Of a stretch of 64,000 bases of DNA, positions 62,293-64,000 are shown one piece after another (position 1 is the first letter of the stretch; each line of letters starts with the position of its first letter). The DNA is taken from the IMG/VR virus record IMGVR_UViG_3300045988_113151. One strand, 5' to 3'. The stretch comes from a virus. The position numbers were made by a program, and so were the translations under genes. The notes below the pieces were generated by a model. It made no database searches. It was not told where the DNA came from and saw nothing but the letters and a program-made list of their open reading frames with translations.

Positions 62293-62868
62293 ATGGTTAA
62301 AATTATTGAGAGCTATACAGCTCCAAATCCGAAAGAATACACATACTGGGTAGATCTAACCAGTAATCCAAATAAAGGTGTTATTAAGTATTTTAAAGGT
62401 AATGGTAAATGGGCAGATGTCAATGATAAGACTAATGACGATTAGTCTAAAGACATTGAACAGTTACAGAAATCAGTAGATAACTTAAAGTCAACTAAAG
62501 TAGATAAAGTATCAGGTAAAGAACTTTCTAGTAATGACTTTACTGACTCTTATAAGAGTAAGCTTGATGGTATAGCAGCTCAGGCTAATAAATACGTTTT
62601 ACCTGCTGCTACTGCATCTGTTTTAGGTGGTGTAAAGACTGGTGCTAATATCACTAATACTAGTGGTACTATTAGTCTGACTAAAGCGAATGTTACGGCT
62701 GCTTTAGGTTATACTCCTCCTACTGCTGATACTAAAGTTAATGTTAATAATACTCTAACAAGTACTAGTATAGTTGACGCTTTGTCAGCAGCACAAGGTA
62801 AAGTTTTAAAAGATTTAATTGACGCACTAACTGCTAGAGTTTCTGCATTGGAAACTCCAGCTGCATAA
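62293..62868 (+). CDS. fibre protein (191 codons, one TAG, ends ..ETPAA)
   Basis: Manual translation MVKIIESYTAPNPKEYTYWVDLTSNPNKGVIKYFKGNGKWADV... Its N-terminal motif is shared with the next gene. Confidence 0.55.
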
Positions 62869-62878
62869 TATATGAAGT

Positions 62879-64000
62879 ATGGATACAGTAAGATTTTTTG
62901 CTGCTAATACCCAACCTAACCCAGTAGAAGTTGACTACTGGGTTGACCTTTATGATAACCCTTATGGTGGTAGCATTAAATATTATAATGGTACAGAATG
63001 GGTAAGATTAGCAGCTTCTGGAGGTATTCCAGATTTAAGTAAGTACTATACTAAAGTACAAGTAAACTAGTTACTTAATGATAAAGCTAGTGTATAGTCA
63101 GTTGAAAGTAAAGTAGACGATGAAGAGGTAAAAGATGTAGTTAAGAATATCACATTTAGAACTTCTAATCCAAACGAAGTACAAATGGTACTCGCAAAAT
63201 ATGATACTACCACTGTTGCTATATCGTTACCTAAAGCTAGCAATGCTTCTGCTGGTATAGTTACTTCTGATGATTTTAAAGACTTTGTTAAGTAGGCAGA
63301 ACTTCAGCAATTATATCAAGAACTATACGATAGTAATAGTACTATAATTAATACTATTAATGATATAAAAGCTAAATACCAAAAGAAACTGACAGCTGGT
63401 AGTAACATAAAAATATCTGATGATAATGTTATATCAGCTATTATTTCAATTGATGGAAGTGATATAGATATTGATGGTATTAATAGTAAAATAGACGGAC
63501 TGACTGATAAATTACAGGAAGAAGTTACTAGGTCTACTAATGCTGATAATAAACTTACACGCGATTTAAGCGCTGAGTCTACTACTGCTAGAGCTGCTGA
63601 GAAAAAGAACGCTGATAATATCGCTAGCAATACTCAAGCTATTCAGAAAGAGGTAACAGATAGAAATGCTGCCATTAAGGTAGAGACTGACAGAGCTACT
63701 GCTGCTGAAAATAAATTAGCTAATGACATTGTTACTACAGTTGAAACAGAAAAAGATAGAGCAGAAGGTGTAGAATAGGTTATAATTAATGATTTAGCTG
63801 AAGAAGTAACTAGAGCCAAAGCAGCTGAGCAAGCTAATAAGACTTCTATAAATAAAGAAGTTACCGATAGACAATCAGCTATTGCAACTGAAGTAGATAA
63901 TAGAAACGCAGCTATAGAGGTTGAAAAACAAAGAGCTCTCAAAGCAGAAGCTGCATTAGATTCTAAGATTGCTACTCATACTAATGAAATTAATACTGCT
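62879..64000 (+). CDS. long coiled-coil fibre protein, continues beyond window (in-frame TAGs)
   Basis: MDTVRFFAANTQPNPVEVDYWVDLYDNPYGGSIKYYNGTEWVRLA..., followed by repeats of the type EVTDRNAAIKVETDRATAAENKLAND. The frame is still open at 64000. Confidence 0.6.

Noticed and set aside
1-64000. CRISPR arrays, integrase or lysogeny genes, reverse transcriptase/DGR or retron modules, and rRNA.
   Set aside because: None were seen. There are no regularly spaced direct repeats and no recombinase or RT motifs in any listed ORF.

Overview
AT-rich fragment of a crAss-like (Crassvirales-type) phage of Bacteroidota, in two divergent arms that meet near 28.8-29.6 kb. The left arm (1-28.8 kb, minus strand) holds replication and early genes: RecB-like nuclease, metallophosphatase, two ATPases, primase, SSB, DnaB-like helicase, family B DNA polymerase, an ECF-type sigma factor and many small unknown ORFs. 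The right arm (29.6-64 kb, plus strand) starts with nucleotide metabolism (ThyX, dUTPase, MazG-like). It continues into morphogenesis and lysis: TerL, portal, scaffold, major capsid protein, connector-like proteins, two giant fibre proteins, an M15 endolysin and more fibres.

Four points stand out.

1. TAG is translated as a sense codon in the late module. TerL, portal and the fibres are continuous only if TAG is read. An amber-suppressor tRNA (anticodon CUA) sits immediately upstream of TerL, yet seven early genes still end at TAG.

2. The genome carries many selfish elements. There are LAGLIDADG inteins in TerL and ThyX, and two introns carrying homing endonucleases (HEs) that split ATPase genes, one inside the P-loop codons. 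There is also a free-standing GIY-YIG gene next to the capsid gene and an HNH fusion.

3. A tmRNA-like locus appears circularly permuted (T-arm and 3' acceptor strand upstream of the GGGG 5' end). Its tag reading frame ends in IAA. Seven phage proteins, including all three free or intron-borne homing endonucleases, also end in Ala-Ala.

4. Several unusually long ORF-free, more GC-rich, hairpin-dense islands are present (about 2.0 kb at 14.9-16.9 kb, about 0.95 kb at 27.2-28.1 kb, about 0.55 kb at 22.4-23.0 kb), plus tRNA-like minihelices. I could not assign any of these to a known RNA family.

All calls come from reading the sequence and the ORF track by eye; no database search was run.
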